A stretch of DNA of 64,000 bases, taken from Nibricoccus sp. Lineage in GTDB: Bacteria > Verrucomicrobiota > Verrucomicrobiia > Opitutales > Opitutaceae. A program made the translations under genes and the position numbers. How positions within the stretch are numbered: position 1 is the stretch's first letter; each line of letters starts with the position of its first letter. Positions 38,369 to 48,379 of the stretch are shown here, piece after piece. The notes beneath the pieces were generated by a model. The model did not search any database. It was not told where the DNA came from and saw nothing but the letters and a program-made list of their open reading frames with translations. Where the stretch lies: contig JASGKG010000001.1 of NCBI GenBank assembly GCA_047600805.1, forward strand, positions 1,151,133 through 1,215,132, in the 5' to 3' direction.

Positions 38369-39994
38369 ATGATTGTCATACGCGATGCAAACGGCGCGAT
38401 AGAGCGCAAAATAGCGGTGACGAGAGGTTCGTCCCGCTTGCTTTCCGATGTCTTGGCTGAAAATGGCTACCCGCTCAACACCCGCTGCGGAAAACGAGGC
38501 TGGTGTCGTGGCTGCACCGTGGAACTCGCCGAAGGGCGCCCGGGCGTCGGCGAACGAAAAGCTGAAATCAAATCGTGCGGCACGACTGTTCAATCAGATA
38601 CGGAACTGGTTATTCGAGTGCCGGCGCACGCCCGTTTGGAAGCAGAGCCGCAGGTAGGCGACACTTTTGCTGTGAACACGCCGGTGGCGCTGCAGCCATT
38701 GTGGAACGCGGAACCTGGTGTGGCCGACACCGCTTTCGCAGTCGATATCGGCACTACGACTGTCGCGGTGGCGGTCTTGGACCTTGTAAGCGGATCGGTT
38801 TTATCCCGTGCAGGTGATTTCAATGCGCAAATCCGCTACGGCGATAACGTGATTACGCGGATTGTCGCAGCGGGCTCGGCGAGCAAGCGACGTGAGATGC
38901 AACGGGCGATTGTGAACGAAACAATTGCGCCTCTGCTGGCTCAGGCCTGTGGCGAGGCAGGGCGGAGCTTGGAGCGTGTCGTTGGAGGAACCGTCGCGGG
39001 AAATACCACGATGCTCCATATCTTGTGTGGTGAGGATCCCACCAGTCTGGGCAGCGTGCCATTTACGCCGCGCTTCCTGGAGCACCGTACACTCACGGCG
39101 AAGCAGCTCGGACTTGAAGTACAGCTCGATCGCTCTCGCCTTGGCGAGGCAACGCCGGTCGTTGTGCTGCCTGGTTTCTCGGCGTATGTCGGAGCCGATT
39201 TGGCGGCTGGCGTCTATGCCAACGGTATGATGTGCGACGCCACCCCGAGCCTTTTGGTCGATATCGGCACGAACGGCGAAATCGTCCTACAGGCGAATGG
39301 AAAACTTTGGGGGTGTGCGACGGCCGCCGGGCCGGCGTTTGAGGGCGCCGGACTCTTGGCGGGCACGCGTGCGCAATCCGGGGCGATTTCGCATGTAATG
39401 ATTTTTGCGGATCGTGAAGCGAGATTGGAGTTCGAGACCATCGCGGGAACTGCACCTGAAAATGCGCCCGGACTCTGCGGAACGGCCTACATCGACTTTT
39501 TGGCGGCGGGCCGAAACGCAGGCATCCTTACAAGTGCGGGACGCTTCGAAAAGGCGCGCACCGAAAATCTTTTTGCGAGTCGTTTTGTTCAAAACGAACG
39601 CGGGCGCTGCCTCAATCTGGTCGGGCGGATTTGTATCAGCGAAGCGGATATCGCAGCTTTGCTCCAGGCGAAGGCGGCGATAGGGGCGGGGATTGAGACG
39701 CTGCTAAAAAGCGCAGGTTTGGTCCCGAGCGACGTGGGCACGCTGTACCTAGCGGGTGGATTTGGTATGTTTATAGACGTGGCTCACGCGATCGCCATCG
39801 GATTGCTGCCGGGATTTTCCCGCGAGCAGGTCAAAGTCGTGGGGAATACCTCGCTCGCCGGCGCTGTCCTGAGCGCGCTCGATCAGCGAGCCTTGTCGGA
39901 TATGGAGGGATGGCGAAACATAGTTCAAATTGTGGAGCTGAACACGTGCGAGGGCTTCGAGAACTGCTACTTGGATCATTTGGCGCTGCCCTGA
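38369..39994 (+). CDS. reductive activator of corrinoid enzymes (RACo/RamA-like): N-terminal plant-type [2Fe-2S] ferredoxin plus ASKHA-fold ATPase
   Basis: CGKRGWCRGCTVEL (2Fe-2S Cys cluster). ASKHA phosphate-1 motif FAVDIGTTTVAVAVLD. Later LLVDIGTNGEIVL and LAGGFG (adenosine motif). Confidence 0.7.
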   Translation: MIVIRDANGAIERKIAVTRGSSRLLSDVLAENGYPLNTRCGKRGWCRGCTVELAEGRPGVGERKAEIKSCGTTVQSDTELVIRVPAHARLEAEPQVGDTFAVNTPVALQPLWNAEPGVADTAFAVDIGTTTVAVAVLDLVSGSVLSRAGDFNAQIRYGDNVITRIVAAGSASKRREMQRAIVNETIAPLLAQACGEAGRSLERVVGGTVAGNTTMLHILCGEDPTSLGSVPFTPRFLEHRTLTAKQLGLEVQLDRSRLGEATPVVVLPGFSAYVGADLAAGVYANGMMCDATPSLLVDIGTNGEIVLQANGKLWGCATAAGPAFEGAGLLAGTRAQSGAISHVMIFADREARLEFETIAGTAPENAPGLCGTAYIDFLAAGRNAGILTSAGRFEKARTENLFASRFVQNERGRCLNLVGRICISEADIAALLQAKAAIGAGIETLLKSAGLVPSDVGTLYLAGGFGMFIDVAHAIAIGLLPGFSREQVKVVGNTSLAGAVLSALDQRALSDMEGWRNIVQIVELNTCEGFENCYLDHLALP

Positions 39995-40075
39995 GCTACG
40001 CACGTTTTCACAAAAATATCTGCTAAGAGCACAAGAATTTTCCCCGCCCATTTCGGTAGGATGTAGCTCATACCC

Positions 40076-40711
40076 ATGAGCAACTTCCAACCCCTGAGTG
40101 ACGCCGTTCAAAGCGGCAAACGCAACGATGCCAAGCAGCACACCCAAGCGCTGCTTCAAGCTGGCGAAAAGCCTCTCGATATTGTCGAAAAGGGCTTGGT
40201 CCCTGGCATGAGCGCCATAGGCGAGAAGTTTAAGAATAACGAAGTTTTCGTTCCTGAAATGCTAATCGCGGCCCGGGCGATGAAGGAGTGCATGACGATT
40301 CTCGAGCCGTTGCTGGCGCAAGCCGGCATCAAGCCGAAGTACACCGTCGTGATTGGCACCGTCCAAGGGGATCTACACGATATCGGCAAAAACCTTGTGG
40401 CGATGATGCTCAAGGGCGCCAATTTCAACGTTGTGGATTTGGGAACCAATGTAGCTCCCCAAAAGTTCATTGACGCCGCGAAATCGAGCGGCGCGCAAGT
40501 GATTGCCCTTTCCGCTTTGCTCACCACGACCATGCCGGCCATGAAGACGACGATCGATGCCGTGCGAGCAACCGGTCTCGCCGTAAAGATCATGATTGGC
40601 GGCGCTCCCGTCACTCAGGACTACGCCAACGAGATTGGTGCCGAAGGCTACAGCTTGGATGCGGCGAGCGCGGTCGACGTTGCTCTACGGCTCGTTGGGG
40701 AGAAAAAGTAA
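40076..40711 (+). CDS. cobalamin-binding corrinoid protein (methyltransferase cognate corrinoid protein, MtaC/MtbC/MttC type)
   Basis: N-terminal B12-binding_2 helical cap. Rossmann B12-binding domain with DxHxxG motif VIGTVQGDLHDIGKNLV and ...VIALSALLTTTMP. Confidence 0.8.
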   Translation: MSNFQPLSDAVQSGKRNDAKQHTQALLQAGEKPLDIVEKGLVPGMSAIGEKFKNNEVFVPEMLIAARAMKECMTILEPLLAQAGIKPKYTVVIGTVQGDLHDIGKNLVAMMLKGANFNVVDLGTNVAPQKFIDAAKSSGAQVIALSALLTTTMPAMKTTIDAVRATGLAVKIMIGGAPVTQDYANEIGAEGYSLDAASAVDVALRLVGEKK

Positions 40712-40719
40712 GGAATTCC

Positions 40720-41757
40720 GTGGATCGCAAATTTTACCTGGAGCTGGCGGCATCCGGTCTGCGGATGCCGATCGGCACCCATCTGGTGCTTCACCGCTAC
40801 ACGAATGCCGACGAGATCGTGCTTGATGGCGAAAAACTGGGCGGAGTGCTGATCGAAACCGCACAGCGCTTCAAAACACCGCTGGCGGTTCCGCTGATGG
40901 ATCTGACACTCGAAAAAGAAGCGCTCCTGCTTCAACTCGGGGTGCCGGCGTCCGAGGTGAGCCAGTTTCATTGTCACGAACCGGTTGAAACACCCAATGC
41001 CGTCAAGCTGACGCGACGGATGGAGGCCGCATGTCGGGCGATCGAGCATGTGGCCAAAACTTCGGATCTCGTGCCGATGGGTATGTCAATCGGCCCATTT
41101 TCGCTGATGACGAAGTTGCTCGCGGATCCGATCACCCCGGTTTTCCTGGCCGGAACAGGGGCGACTGCGGCTGAAGAGCCGGACATCGCTTTGGTCGAGG
41201 CTGCGCTTGCGGCAGGAGAGAAAGTCATCAGCGCCTATCTCGAAGCGCAGATCGCGGCGGGTGCGAAGGCGATCATCGTGTGCGAACCGGCGGCAAACCT
41301 GGTATACTTTTCCCCGAAGCAGCTGGAACAGGACTTTGCCGTTTTCGACAGGTTAGTGATGGCGCCGATGCTGCGCATATCGAATCTGCTGCACGCTCGC
41401 GGCGTCGACTTGATATTTCACGATTGTGGCGAGCTGACCGACGAAATGGTAAAGCGATTCGCGCTGCTCGGCGCGGCAATGATTAGCCTAGGAAGTTCGC
41501 GCAAACTTTGGGAAGACGCAGCACTGATACCGAAGAACGTCGTTCTCTATGGGAACCTGCCGACGAAACGGTTTTACGCATCGCAATTGTCCGTCCGGGA
41601 AGTCGAAAGCATGGCGAGCGAACTGGTCGCAAAAATGCGTTCGGCAGGGCATCCATTCATCCTGGGGAGTGAATGCGACGTGCTGAGCGTCGCCGGTAGC
41701 GAACAAGAGATTATCGGCAAAGTAGACGCCTTTATGAGCTGCGGGTGCCGCGGCTGA
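40720..41757 (+). CDS. uroporphyrinogen-decarboxylase (URO-D) family corrinoid methyltransferase (MtaA/MtbA- or O-demethylase MT-I-like)
   Basis: 345 aa, a URO-D-like TIM-barrel size and layout. It lies directly (8 bp) downstream of the corrinoid protein gene. I assign the family by overall sequence character; I did not verify specific catalytic residues. Confidence 0.55.
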   Translation: MDRKFYLELAASGLRMPIGTHLVLHRYTNADEIVLDGEKLGGVLIETAQRFKTPLAVPLMDLTLEKEALLLQLGVPASEVSQFHCHEPVETPNAVKLTRRMEAACRAIEHVAKTSDLVPMGMSIGPFSLMTKLLADPITPVFLAGTGATAAEEPDIALVEAALAAGEKVISAYLEAQIAAGAKAIIVCEPAANLVYFSPKQLEQDFAVFDRLVMAPMLRISNLLHARGVDLIFHDCGELTDEMVKRFALLGAAMISLGSSRKLWEDAALIPKNVVLYGNLPTKRFYASQLSVREVESMASELVAKMRSAGHPFILGSECDVLSVAGSEQEIIGKVDAFMSCGCRG

Positions 41758-41774
41758 AGGCTCTCGGCTTCAAA

Positions 41775-44354
41775 TCACTTCGCTGAGTCATCCTGTTTGA
41801 TCACCTTGAGGTCGCCTGCCTTAGCGCTGAAGTCGTAGATATAGGTGTTGAGGAAGTTCTCGATGTGTTGAAATACCTCTGCTTTTGCCTTTGGCATACC
41901 CGCCACGTAGTCATCGCTGAGTGCGTATAGTTCGCTCATTATTTGTCTCTGGCGAAGGCTTTGGGTCAGGCGCTTGGCCTCTGAATAGGCAGACTTCTCG
42001 ATACTGTCGCCGCTGCCGTTGTAGTTAAGCAAGAGCACAGGTTTGGTGATCATCTCGGCTTGCCGCAGGATTGGATTTTCTGCCAAGCGTTGCGGATCGC
42101 CGAGAAATGCTTGAACGAGGGCTGGCCCCGTTTCGGCGTTTGTCCACCGATTTTCTTTTAGCCATCCAGCGGGGTCCAGCATTGCATCAACGGCCACGGC
42201 GCCGCGGAAACGTTGTGGATATAGTTGCAACCCTCGAATCGCCACGTAACCGCCGTGATTCTTGCCCACCAAGGCGACACGTTTGGGGTTTATGGCCACT
42301 CGCTTAGCGAGAAAATCGATCGCGGCAATGATGTCCTCCAGCTGAGAGTCTTCATATCCAGGCCGAACTGCTTCCCTGTGCTTAACTCCGAATCCCCAAG
42401 CTCCGCGATTGTTAACTTGAATAACAGCTAAACCCATGTTGGCGAAGGCCTGTAGCTCTGGTTGATAATCCGCGTGTACTCGCTCCCAGGGATAAGAGGA
42501 GCAGAACGCGACTACGGGAACTGGCATCAAGCGTGCGGTGCTCGGAAACGTGAATGTGCCTGTGACCGTGCGTCCTTTCGAGTCCAGGAAACTGAACATC
42601 GTGATTTCATGCACTTTTTTAGCCGCAAGCGTTGGGTTTCGTTGGGCAAACAATGCGAGTCGGTTTTTCGATGTGTCGAAAACGAAGAACGCTCCTGGAT
42701 CTACGTTTCCTCGCACGCGGACCAGAAAGCGTTGCAGCGCTTGGTCCCATTCTAGAATGTCCACTGATCGCGCAGGGAAACGTGCTTCGAGCAATTTTTG
42801 AGCGGACTGAAGTTCCGGTGGGAACCAGCTGCACGTGTAGGTTGCGCCCTCGTAGCGCAGGCCGCAGAGTTTTTTATTGAAACGATCGAAGACGAGAATG
42901 CGGTCTTCTGTGCTGCCCAACCTTGCCGAGTAGCTAAATTGGGTTTCGATTTTCTTGAACAAACTATCGCTGATCGTCTTGGCCAGGACCGCTTCAGTGC
43001 CGTTGGCATCACCTATAGGGTATTGCTTTTCTAGGGTAGTGCTGGTGGGCGAGCTGGGCTCGGTTGAGGACTCCTGCGCCTGCAGATCGTTTTCTACTCT
43101 TACGAACTGTTCAGCAAATGAATCTCCGCGCTGGTCGCGTTTGCTTCGATCTTCATCAGGGAAAACTCCTGGCGCGGGTGTGAATAGATCGAAAGTGGGA
43201 TTTTCAGCCGCTAAATGTGCGCGCTCACCGGTTTTCATATTCATGGCATACAAACCGTACGTGTTACGACCGACGTTTGATGCGAAATAGAGGGTAGTCT
43301 GATCGTAGTCGAAGCCGAGTGGGATGGACCGTTCACCAAAATAGTTGTCTGGAGAAATAACAAACCCCTTGGCCATGCCGTCCTTCGCGAGATCGTTCAA
43401 AGGTTTCCACCGCTTGATGAATTTTTCCGAATCGTAGGTAAACACGTGGGGGAATTTTTCCCGCGTCGTGCTGGAAATTGCGATGCGAGCTTTCCCTGTA
43501 CGATCAAATAAATAGACTTTCCCGGTGGTTACTGATTCGTGGGAGAACTCCTTGAGCTCTCCCGTGGCCACGTTGAGTTTATAGATATGGGTTTCTTGGG
43601 AGGCGTTGTCTTCAGCGATGCCTTCAGCGCGCACAAGAACGGTGTCAGGAGCTCCTCCGAAAATATCCACGATACGAGGCGTCCTGGGAATCGAGATCAT
43701 GTTGGCTTGACCGCGCGCCCGATCGCGCTGCCATCTCTGAAAATTTGGATCTAGTTTCAATGCTTCGCCGCTCTCTGATTGTGCAGGCGGAAGGATGCGC
43801 TCTTTTCCTGAGGCTCCGGTGGCGCTTCCGTAAGTGGGGTCGGAAATCCATTGGCCGACGTCACGAGGAGTCACCAGCGTCTTCGCGTTTTGCCCGTCGG
43901 CGTCCACTCCTATAATATCTCCTGTGCAGTTCACCCATTTTTCGACGAACCCGATTTTAATATCCTGCGGATAGTTTCGGTTAGTTTCTATAACCAGTCG
44001 TGTTGGAGAAACCCAACGCATCCAGCGGATGTTCCCGGGGACTTTTTCGCTCAGCGTGTCTGCTATTATCGGGGTCGCTGTCGAGTCGGTGACCACAGTG
44101 ACTTTGGCGGTCGCCTTTGTAGGATTATCGACATCGACGACTACGACCGAGAGATTTTCTCCTTCGCGCAATGTATATGCGAGGTACTTCCCGTCCGGAG
44201 ACAAGGTGGCTCTTTCAGTTTTGAAAGGCGTGAAGAGGTCGACGAATCGATCTCCTTCAGGTTCCGCTGTGCTGGAAGACGGTTCAGCAGCTGTCGTCTG
44301 GTCGATTCCTGATCCAAGTAACGCCAAAATGAGTACAAGCCGGAGGTAACGCAT
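41775..44354 (-). CDS. secreted S9-family (prolyl oligopeptidase / DPP-like) beta-propeller + alpha/beta-hydrolase protein, probably non-catalytic (nucleophile Ser replaced by Asn)
   Basis: Signal peptide MRYLRLVLILALLGSG. N-terminal propeller-like region. C-terminal hydrolase fold where the GxSxGG elbow reads VALVGKNHGGYVAI, and no obvious GH dipeptide near the C-terminus. Confidence 0.65.
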   Translation of the reverse strand: MRYLRLVLILALLGSGIDQTTAAEPSSSTAEPEGDRFVDLFTPFKTERATLSPDGKYLAYTLREGENLSVVVVDVDNPTKATAKVTVVTDSTATPIIADTLSEKVPGNIRWMRWVSPTRLVIETNRNYPQDIKIGFVEKWVNCTGDIIGVDADGQNAKTLVTPRDVGQWISDPTYGSATGASGKERILPPAQSESGEALKLDPNFQRWQRDRARGQANMISIPRTPRIVDIFGGAPDTVLVRAEGIAEDNASQETHIYKLNVATGELKEFSHESVTTGKVYLFDRTGKARIAISSTTREKFPHVFTYDSEKFIKRWKPLNDLAKDGMAKGFVISPDNYFGERSIPLGFDYDQTTLYFASNVGRNTYGLYAMNMKTGERAHLAAENPTFDLFTPAPGVFPDEDRSKRDQRGDSFAEQFVRVENDLQAQESSTEPSSPTSTTLEKQYPIGDANGTEAVLAKTISDSLFKKIETQFSYSARLGSTEDRILVFDRFNKKLCGLRYEGATYTCSWFPPELQSAQKLLEARFPARSVDILEWDQALQRFLVRVRGNVDPGAFFVFDTSKNRLALFAQRNPTLAAKKVHEITMFSFLDSKGRTVTGTFTFPSTARLMPVPVVAFCSSYPWERVHADYQPELQAFANMGLAVIQVNNRGAWGFGVKHREAVRPGYEDSQLEDIIAAIDFLAKRVAINPKRVALVGKNHGGYVAIRGLQLYPQRFRGAVAVDAMLDPAGWLKENRWTNAETGPALVQAFLGDPQRLAENPILRQAEMITKPVLLLNYNGSGDSIEKSAYSEAKRLTQSLRQRQIMSELYALSDDYVAGMPKAKAEVFQHIENFLNTYIYDFSAKAGDLKVIKQDDSAK

Positions 44355-44499
44355 AGCTCCCGTTGAAACGAATGAGATTTCTAAGTTGTTTACGTAATTC
44401 TAAAATAAACGCTCAAATTGCGACAATTAAACACGTGGTGCGCAAATGGTCAGCTCACCTGCTGCTATGACGCCCGTTAGGTAAATGCTGTTACGAACT

Positions 44500-46965
44500 T
44501 TATTCGAAACGAATCGAAAAAGGACCCGCCGAAATATCGCATTGGAAAGATAAAGCAGTGTTCTTCGTGACTACCTTTATTTGGAGGTCCCGTTTGAAAG
44601 GTCGCACGAGACGAGCGGGTATTTTGGTGAGGTCAAGAACGGACGCTGAGTCGTCCCATGCCAGCTTCAGCTTTGTATAATCTCCGTCCTCATAGCCGTA
44701 GCCGTCTCCATCATCCTCGTAGAGTTCAAACGCTCCATCTTTGCCTGCGTAGATTCGGATCTCATATGAAGTGTTTAGCCTCTCTCCGACATGTTGCTGT
44801 CGTTCTGTGCAAAGAGGAATGATTGATCCCTCTGGGATGAAGAGAGGAATGGTTTCCAGCGGAGCGTCGGTGTCGATGGTTTGGCCGCCTTCGTAGAGTT
44901 TGTTCGTCCAAAAATCGTACCAGCGACGGTCGGCGGGGAGATAGACAGCGCGAGTTTTCGGAATATCGACCAGCGGAGTGGAATTGCGCTCGTAATACAT
45001 TGGCTGCGTAACCGGGCACACCATCAAGCTAGGTCCAAACATGAACTGGTCGGTGACCCCGAATGTGGCGGGGTCATTGGGAAATTCCAGCGGCAGAGCA
45101 CGGATGAGCGTGTAACTATCGAACGTGACTTGAGCCGCGAGCGAGTAAATGTAGGGAAGAAATTGATACCGGAGCCGAATGTACTTCGCAATTGTATCGT
45201 AGAACGGAGTGCCTTCTTCGCCGAAGCGCCAGATTTCGCGAGCCGCATCGGTGCCGTGCGAGCGGAACATCGGCAGAAAGGCGCCGTATTGAAGCCAGCG
45301 CGTGTAGAGCTCCCAAAAACCGAGATCTTTGCAGCCCGTGTCGTGAGGATCCGGCTCCAGGGCGGTCATTGGAGTCAGCCCACGACAGCCTTCGCTGTAG
45401 TCGCCGCGCCAGAACCAAAGCTTGGGATCGTTGTTTATAAAAAAACCGCCGATATCGACCGTCCAATAGGGTTCTCCAGCGGCGCAAAAATTTAGACCTT
45501 CAGGAATGGATCGGCGCAAAGTCTCCCACGTCGCGCAAATATCTCCGGACCACGTGACAGTCGCGTAACGGTGCTGGCCGGCATAGGAAGAACGCGTGAG
45601 GTTGATCACTCGCTTTTCGTTCGTGACACCGCGTTGCCCCTCGTAAATGCCCTGCGAGTGGAGCAGCGAGTAGTTGTTGATTTGTCCTGCATCGATGTAC
45701 CTTTTTGATTGCTCGGTATTGATGCCCAACCGAGCGTGTGGCTCGGGCTTAACCGCGCCAGCCCAGTCGGCTTCGAAGGGTTCGGTGCAATCGCACCACC
45801 AAGCGTCGACACCGTGCGCAAAAAGCCCGCGGTTGGCCTGCTCCCAGTAGACGCGGCGTGCGTCTGGTGAAAACGCGTTGTAAGTCGATTGGTTCCCCAG
45901 CATCAGATCGCCCTCGCGGAGCTCGATTTGATTCGGGCAGTCGCCGGTCATGATCGGCCAAATCGAAATCATCAGTTTCGCGCCAAGTCGGTGGAGTTCG
46001 TCGATAAAAGCCTTTGGATCGGGAAAACGTTCGGGGTCGAATGTTTTTTGCCCCCAACCATCGCCTTTGGGCCAAGATTTCCAGTCGAGTACGATCACGT
46101 CGAGCGGTATCTTACGGCGGCGGTGCTCGCGAACGACTTCGATCATCTCGCGAGCGTTGACATAGCGTTCTTTCGACTGGACGAAACCGAACGCCCACTT
46201 GGGTAGCATCGGTGGCTTGCCGGTCAGCTCATGGTAACCGCGAGTAACGTCGTCAAATTTCTCCCCGCGGATGAAATAGAAATCTAATTCGTCAACGACC
46301 TCCGCCCACAAATAGGAGCCAAATGCGTCGTCATGAAAAGTCATCAACGAACCACAATCGAGAAGTAAGCCATAGCCCTTCGTGGATACGAAGTAGGGCA
46401 CGACCGCTTTCATGTTCTGTTGGTAAAGCTCGCGCGATTTGCGTCGAAGATTGCCGTAGCCTTCCTCGTGAGATCCGAGTCCGAAGAGCGCTTCATTTTC
46501 GCTGAAGACGAATTCGAGTTTCGCCTCGAAGGCTTTGCGATCGAAAACGCGTTCGAATTCGGTGGCCGTTGCTCGTGCCCCATCGATGCTCTGGCCGGTG
46601 GAGGTTTTGGCGTCGTGTCTGTAGATGTTTTTGAAAACATCCTTCGATGTCAGCCATTTGCCTCCGCGAGCTGGTTCACTAAGGAGTGTGTTGCCGGACG
46701 GGTCGAAGTAACTGATCGAGCCGGTCATCTTGTTGACACGTAGAACTAAGTAAGCCGTTGCGAGCACGAACTCGCTCTGCTCCACAGTCAATTGGTAGTC
46801 GCGGCAGACAGGACGCTTTTGAACGATCAAGCTCGGCGCATCGCCAAAGGGCTTTCCCTCTGTGACGGTGATGCGCGCGATTTTTGGCGAGCAAAACGCA
46901 ATACGCAGCAGGCGATCGCCGTTCTTGAAAACGACAGCGCCGTCTTGGCGTTCGATTGTGTACAT
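44500..46965 (-). CDS. glycoside hydrolase family 31 (alpha-xylosidase/alpha-glucosidase, YicI-like), cytoplasmic
   Basis: 821 aa. GH31 catalytic region KIPLDVIVLDWKSW...GVDAWWCDCTEPFE...WSGD. No signal peptide. Confidence 0.8.
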   Translation of the reverse strand: MYTIERQDGAVVFKNGDRLLRIAFCSPKIARITVTEGKPFGDAPSLIVQKRPVCRDYQLTVEQSEFVLATAYLVLRVNKMTGSISYFDPSGNTLLSEPARGGKWLTSKDVFKNIYRHDAKTSTGQSIDGARATATEFERVFDRKAFEAKLEFVFSENEALFGLGSHEEGYGNLRRKSRELYQQNMKAVVPYFVSTKGYGLLLDCGSLMTFHDDAFGSYLWAEVVDELDFYFIRGEKFDDVTRGYHELTGKPPMLPKWAFGFVQSKERYVNAREMIEVVREHRRRKIPLDVIVLDWKSWPKGDGWGQKTFDPERFPDPKAFIDELHRLGAKLMISIWPIMTGDCPNQIELREGDLMLGNQSTYNAFSPDARRVYWEQANRGLFAHGVDAWWCDCTEPFEADWAGAVKPEPHARLGINTEQSKRYIDAGQINNYSLLHSQGIYEGQRGVTNEKRVINLTRSSYAGQHRYATVTWSGDICATWETLRRSIPEGLNFCAAGEPYWTVDIGGFFINNDPKLWFWRGDYSEGCRGLTPMTALEPDPHDTGCKDLGFWELYTRWLQYGAFLPMFRSHGTDAAREIWRFGEEGTPFYDTIAKYIRLRYQFLPYIYSLAAQVTFDSYTLIRALPLEFPNDPATFGVTDQFMFGPSLMVCPVTQPMYYERNSTPLVDIPKTRAVYLPADRRWYDFWTNKLYEGGQTIDTDAPLETIPLFIPEGSIIPLCTERQQHVGERLNTSYEIRIYAGKDGAFELYEDDGDGYGYEDGDYTKLKLAWDDSASVLDLTKIPARLVRPFKRDLQIKVVTKNTALSFQCDISAGPFSIRFE

Positions 46966-46974
46966 GTTAGATAG

Positions 46975-48339
46975 TTAGCTTTTTGACGCAACGGATGCGT
47001 CGGCCGTTCGGCGAGCATTTAGCTCCTCCTGGATCTTTGGTTCCATTTTTTCGAACCGGTGATAAAACAGGACCGGCAAAAGCGAGAGGCTAAGGCAGAT
47101 TGCTGGAAGCCAGATTGTGCAAAACATGATCGCGTGAGCGGACTCCACCGTGAGCGCCTGTTTGGCCTTCCAGCCAGCGGCGCCCATGATCCACATCGGA
47201 ATTGCACCGCCGAGTCCGGCTCCGGCTTTAAGACAAAACGCAGCCCCGATTGCAGTGAGCAGCCCAGCCGCACGTACTCCGGTTTTCCATTCGCCGTAAT
47301 CCACGCTCTCGGAGAGGACCGAAAAAGGCATGGCCATCGCCATGCCGCTAAAAATGAACCCGACAGCCCACCCGGTCATTATCAACAAAACGGAGGCGTC
47401 TTGTCCTGTGCCAAAAGCGACGATCACCTGACCGATGATCATTCCTGCAAGACCGATCACCCACGCGCCCGTTTTCGAAACAGCACGGCAGGTCCAAGGG
47501 AGTAGCAGAGCGGTGGCAAGAGAGGCGAAGTCAAGCAACCCAGCCGGCTTGATGAGATCCGGCCTGTTTAAAATCCCCTCAAAAAAGAACGGAGCGACCG
47601 TCACGCGCGCGATGAAACCGATCCAGAAGAAAAAGCTGCTCGCAAAAATGATGAACCACGGCCAATTGCCCTGAAGAGCGCGAAAGCTGCCGGTGATCGG
47701 ACGCGGTTTTTCTTCGACCCTCACCACTTCCTTCAGATTGCGGAAAGCCAGCAGGAACGCGCCAATAGAGATAATGGCAAAGGCGGAAAGCACGATCATG
47801 AAGCCTTTGCGATCGTTGCCATTGCCAATGCGACGGGCCAAATCGATACCGGTAAAGTTGACGATGGCGACGCCGAGCTTTGATCCGACCATCCGAAAGG
47901 TCGTGAGCGTCACGCGCTCTTGCGGAGACGTTGTGAGTGCCGAAAGAATCGATGTGACGGGCGTATTGATTCCGGTGTAGATGACGTTGACCGCGATGTA
48001 GGTGAGCGCCGCATACACGGCTTTGGCGTTATAGCTCAGATCGGGTGTCACAAACGACAGAAAGCCGAATAAGGCAAAAGGGCCACATAGCCAGAGAAAC
48101 CAGGGACGACTTTTGCCCCAACGACTGTTGGTGCGGTCAAAGATCACACCCCAAACGGGCGCATCGATCGCATCGACAAAGCGCGCGATGAAAACGATTG
48201 TTCCTGCCGCCGCGGCAGTCAGGCCGTAGACGTTAGCGTAGAAATAAGGCAGGTACCACATGATCCAGCCGAAGAGAAGCTGCCCGCCGATGTCGGGCAG
48301 GGCGTAGCTGAAGCGAGTGGCGAGGGAGGTTTTGGTCAT
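46975..48339 (-). CDS. glycoside-pentoside-hexuronide (GPH):cation symporter, MFS superfamily (YicJ/MelB-like)
   Basis: 12-TM profile. N-terminal GPH motif region LPDIGGQLLFGWIMWYLPYFY...GVIFDRT. Located immediately upstream of the GH31 gene, as yicJ is of yicI. Confidence 0.8.
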   Translation of the reverse strand: MTKTSLATRFSYALPDIGGQLLFGWIMWYLPYFYANVYGLTAAAAGTIVFIARFVDAIDAPVWGVIFDRTNSRWGKSRPWFLWLCGPFALFGFLSFVTPDLSYNAKAVYAALTYIAVNVIYTGINTPVTSILSALTTSPQERVTLTTFRMVGSKLGVAIVNFTGIDLARRIGNGNDRKGFMIVLSAFAIISIGAFLLAFRNLKEVVRVEEKPRPITGSFRALQGNWPWFIIFASSFFFWIGFIARVTVAPFFFEGILNRPDLIKPAGLLDFASLATALLLPWTCRAVSKTGAWVIGLAGMIIGQVIVAFGTGQDASVLLIMTGWAVGFIFSGMAMAMPFSVLSESVDYGEWKTGVRAAGLLTAIGAAFCLKAGAGLGGAIPMWIMGAAGWKAKQALTVESAHAIMFCTIWLPAICLSLSLLPVLFYHRFEKMEPKIQEELNARRTADASVASKS

Positions 48340-48379
48340 GGGGGCAGGGGCTAAGAAACTCGGCTGGCGCCGAGCTATA

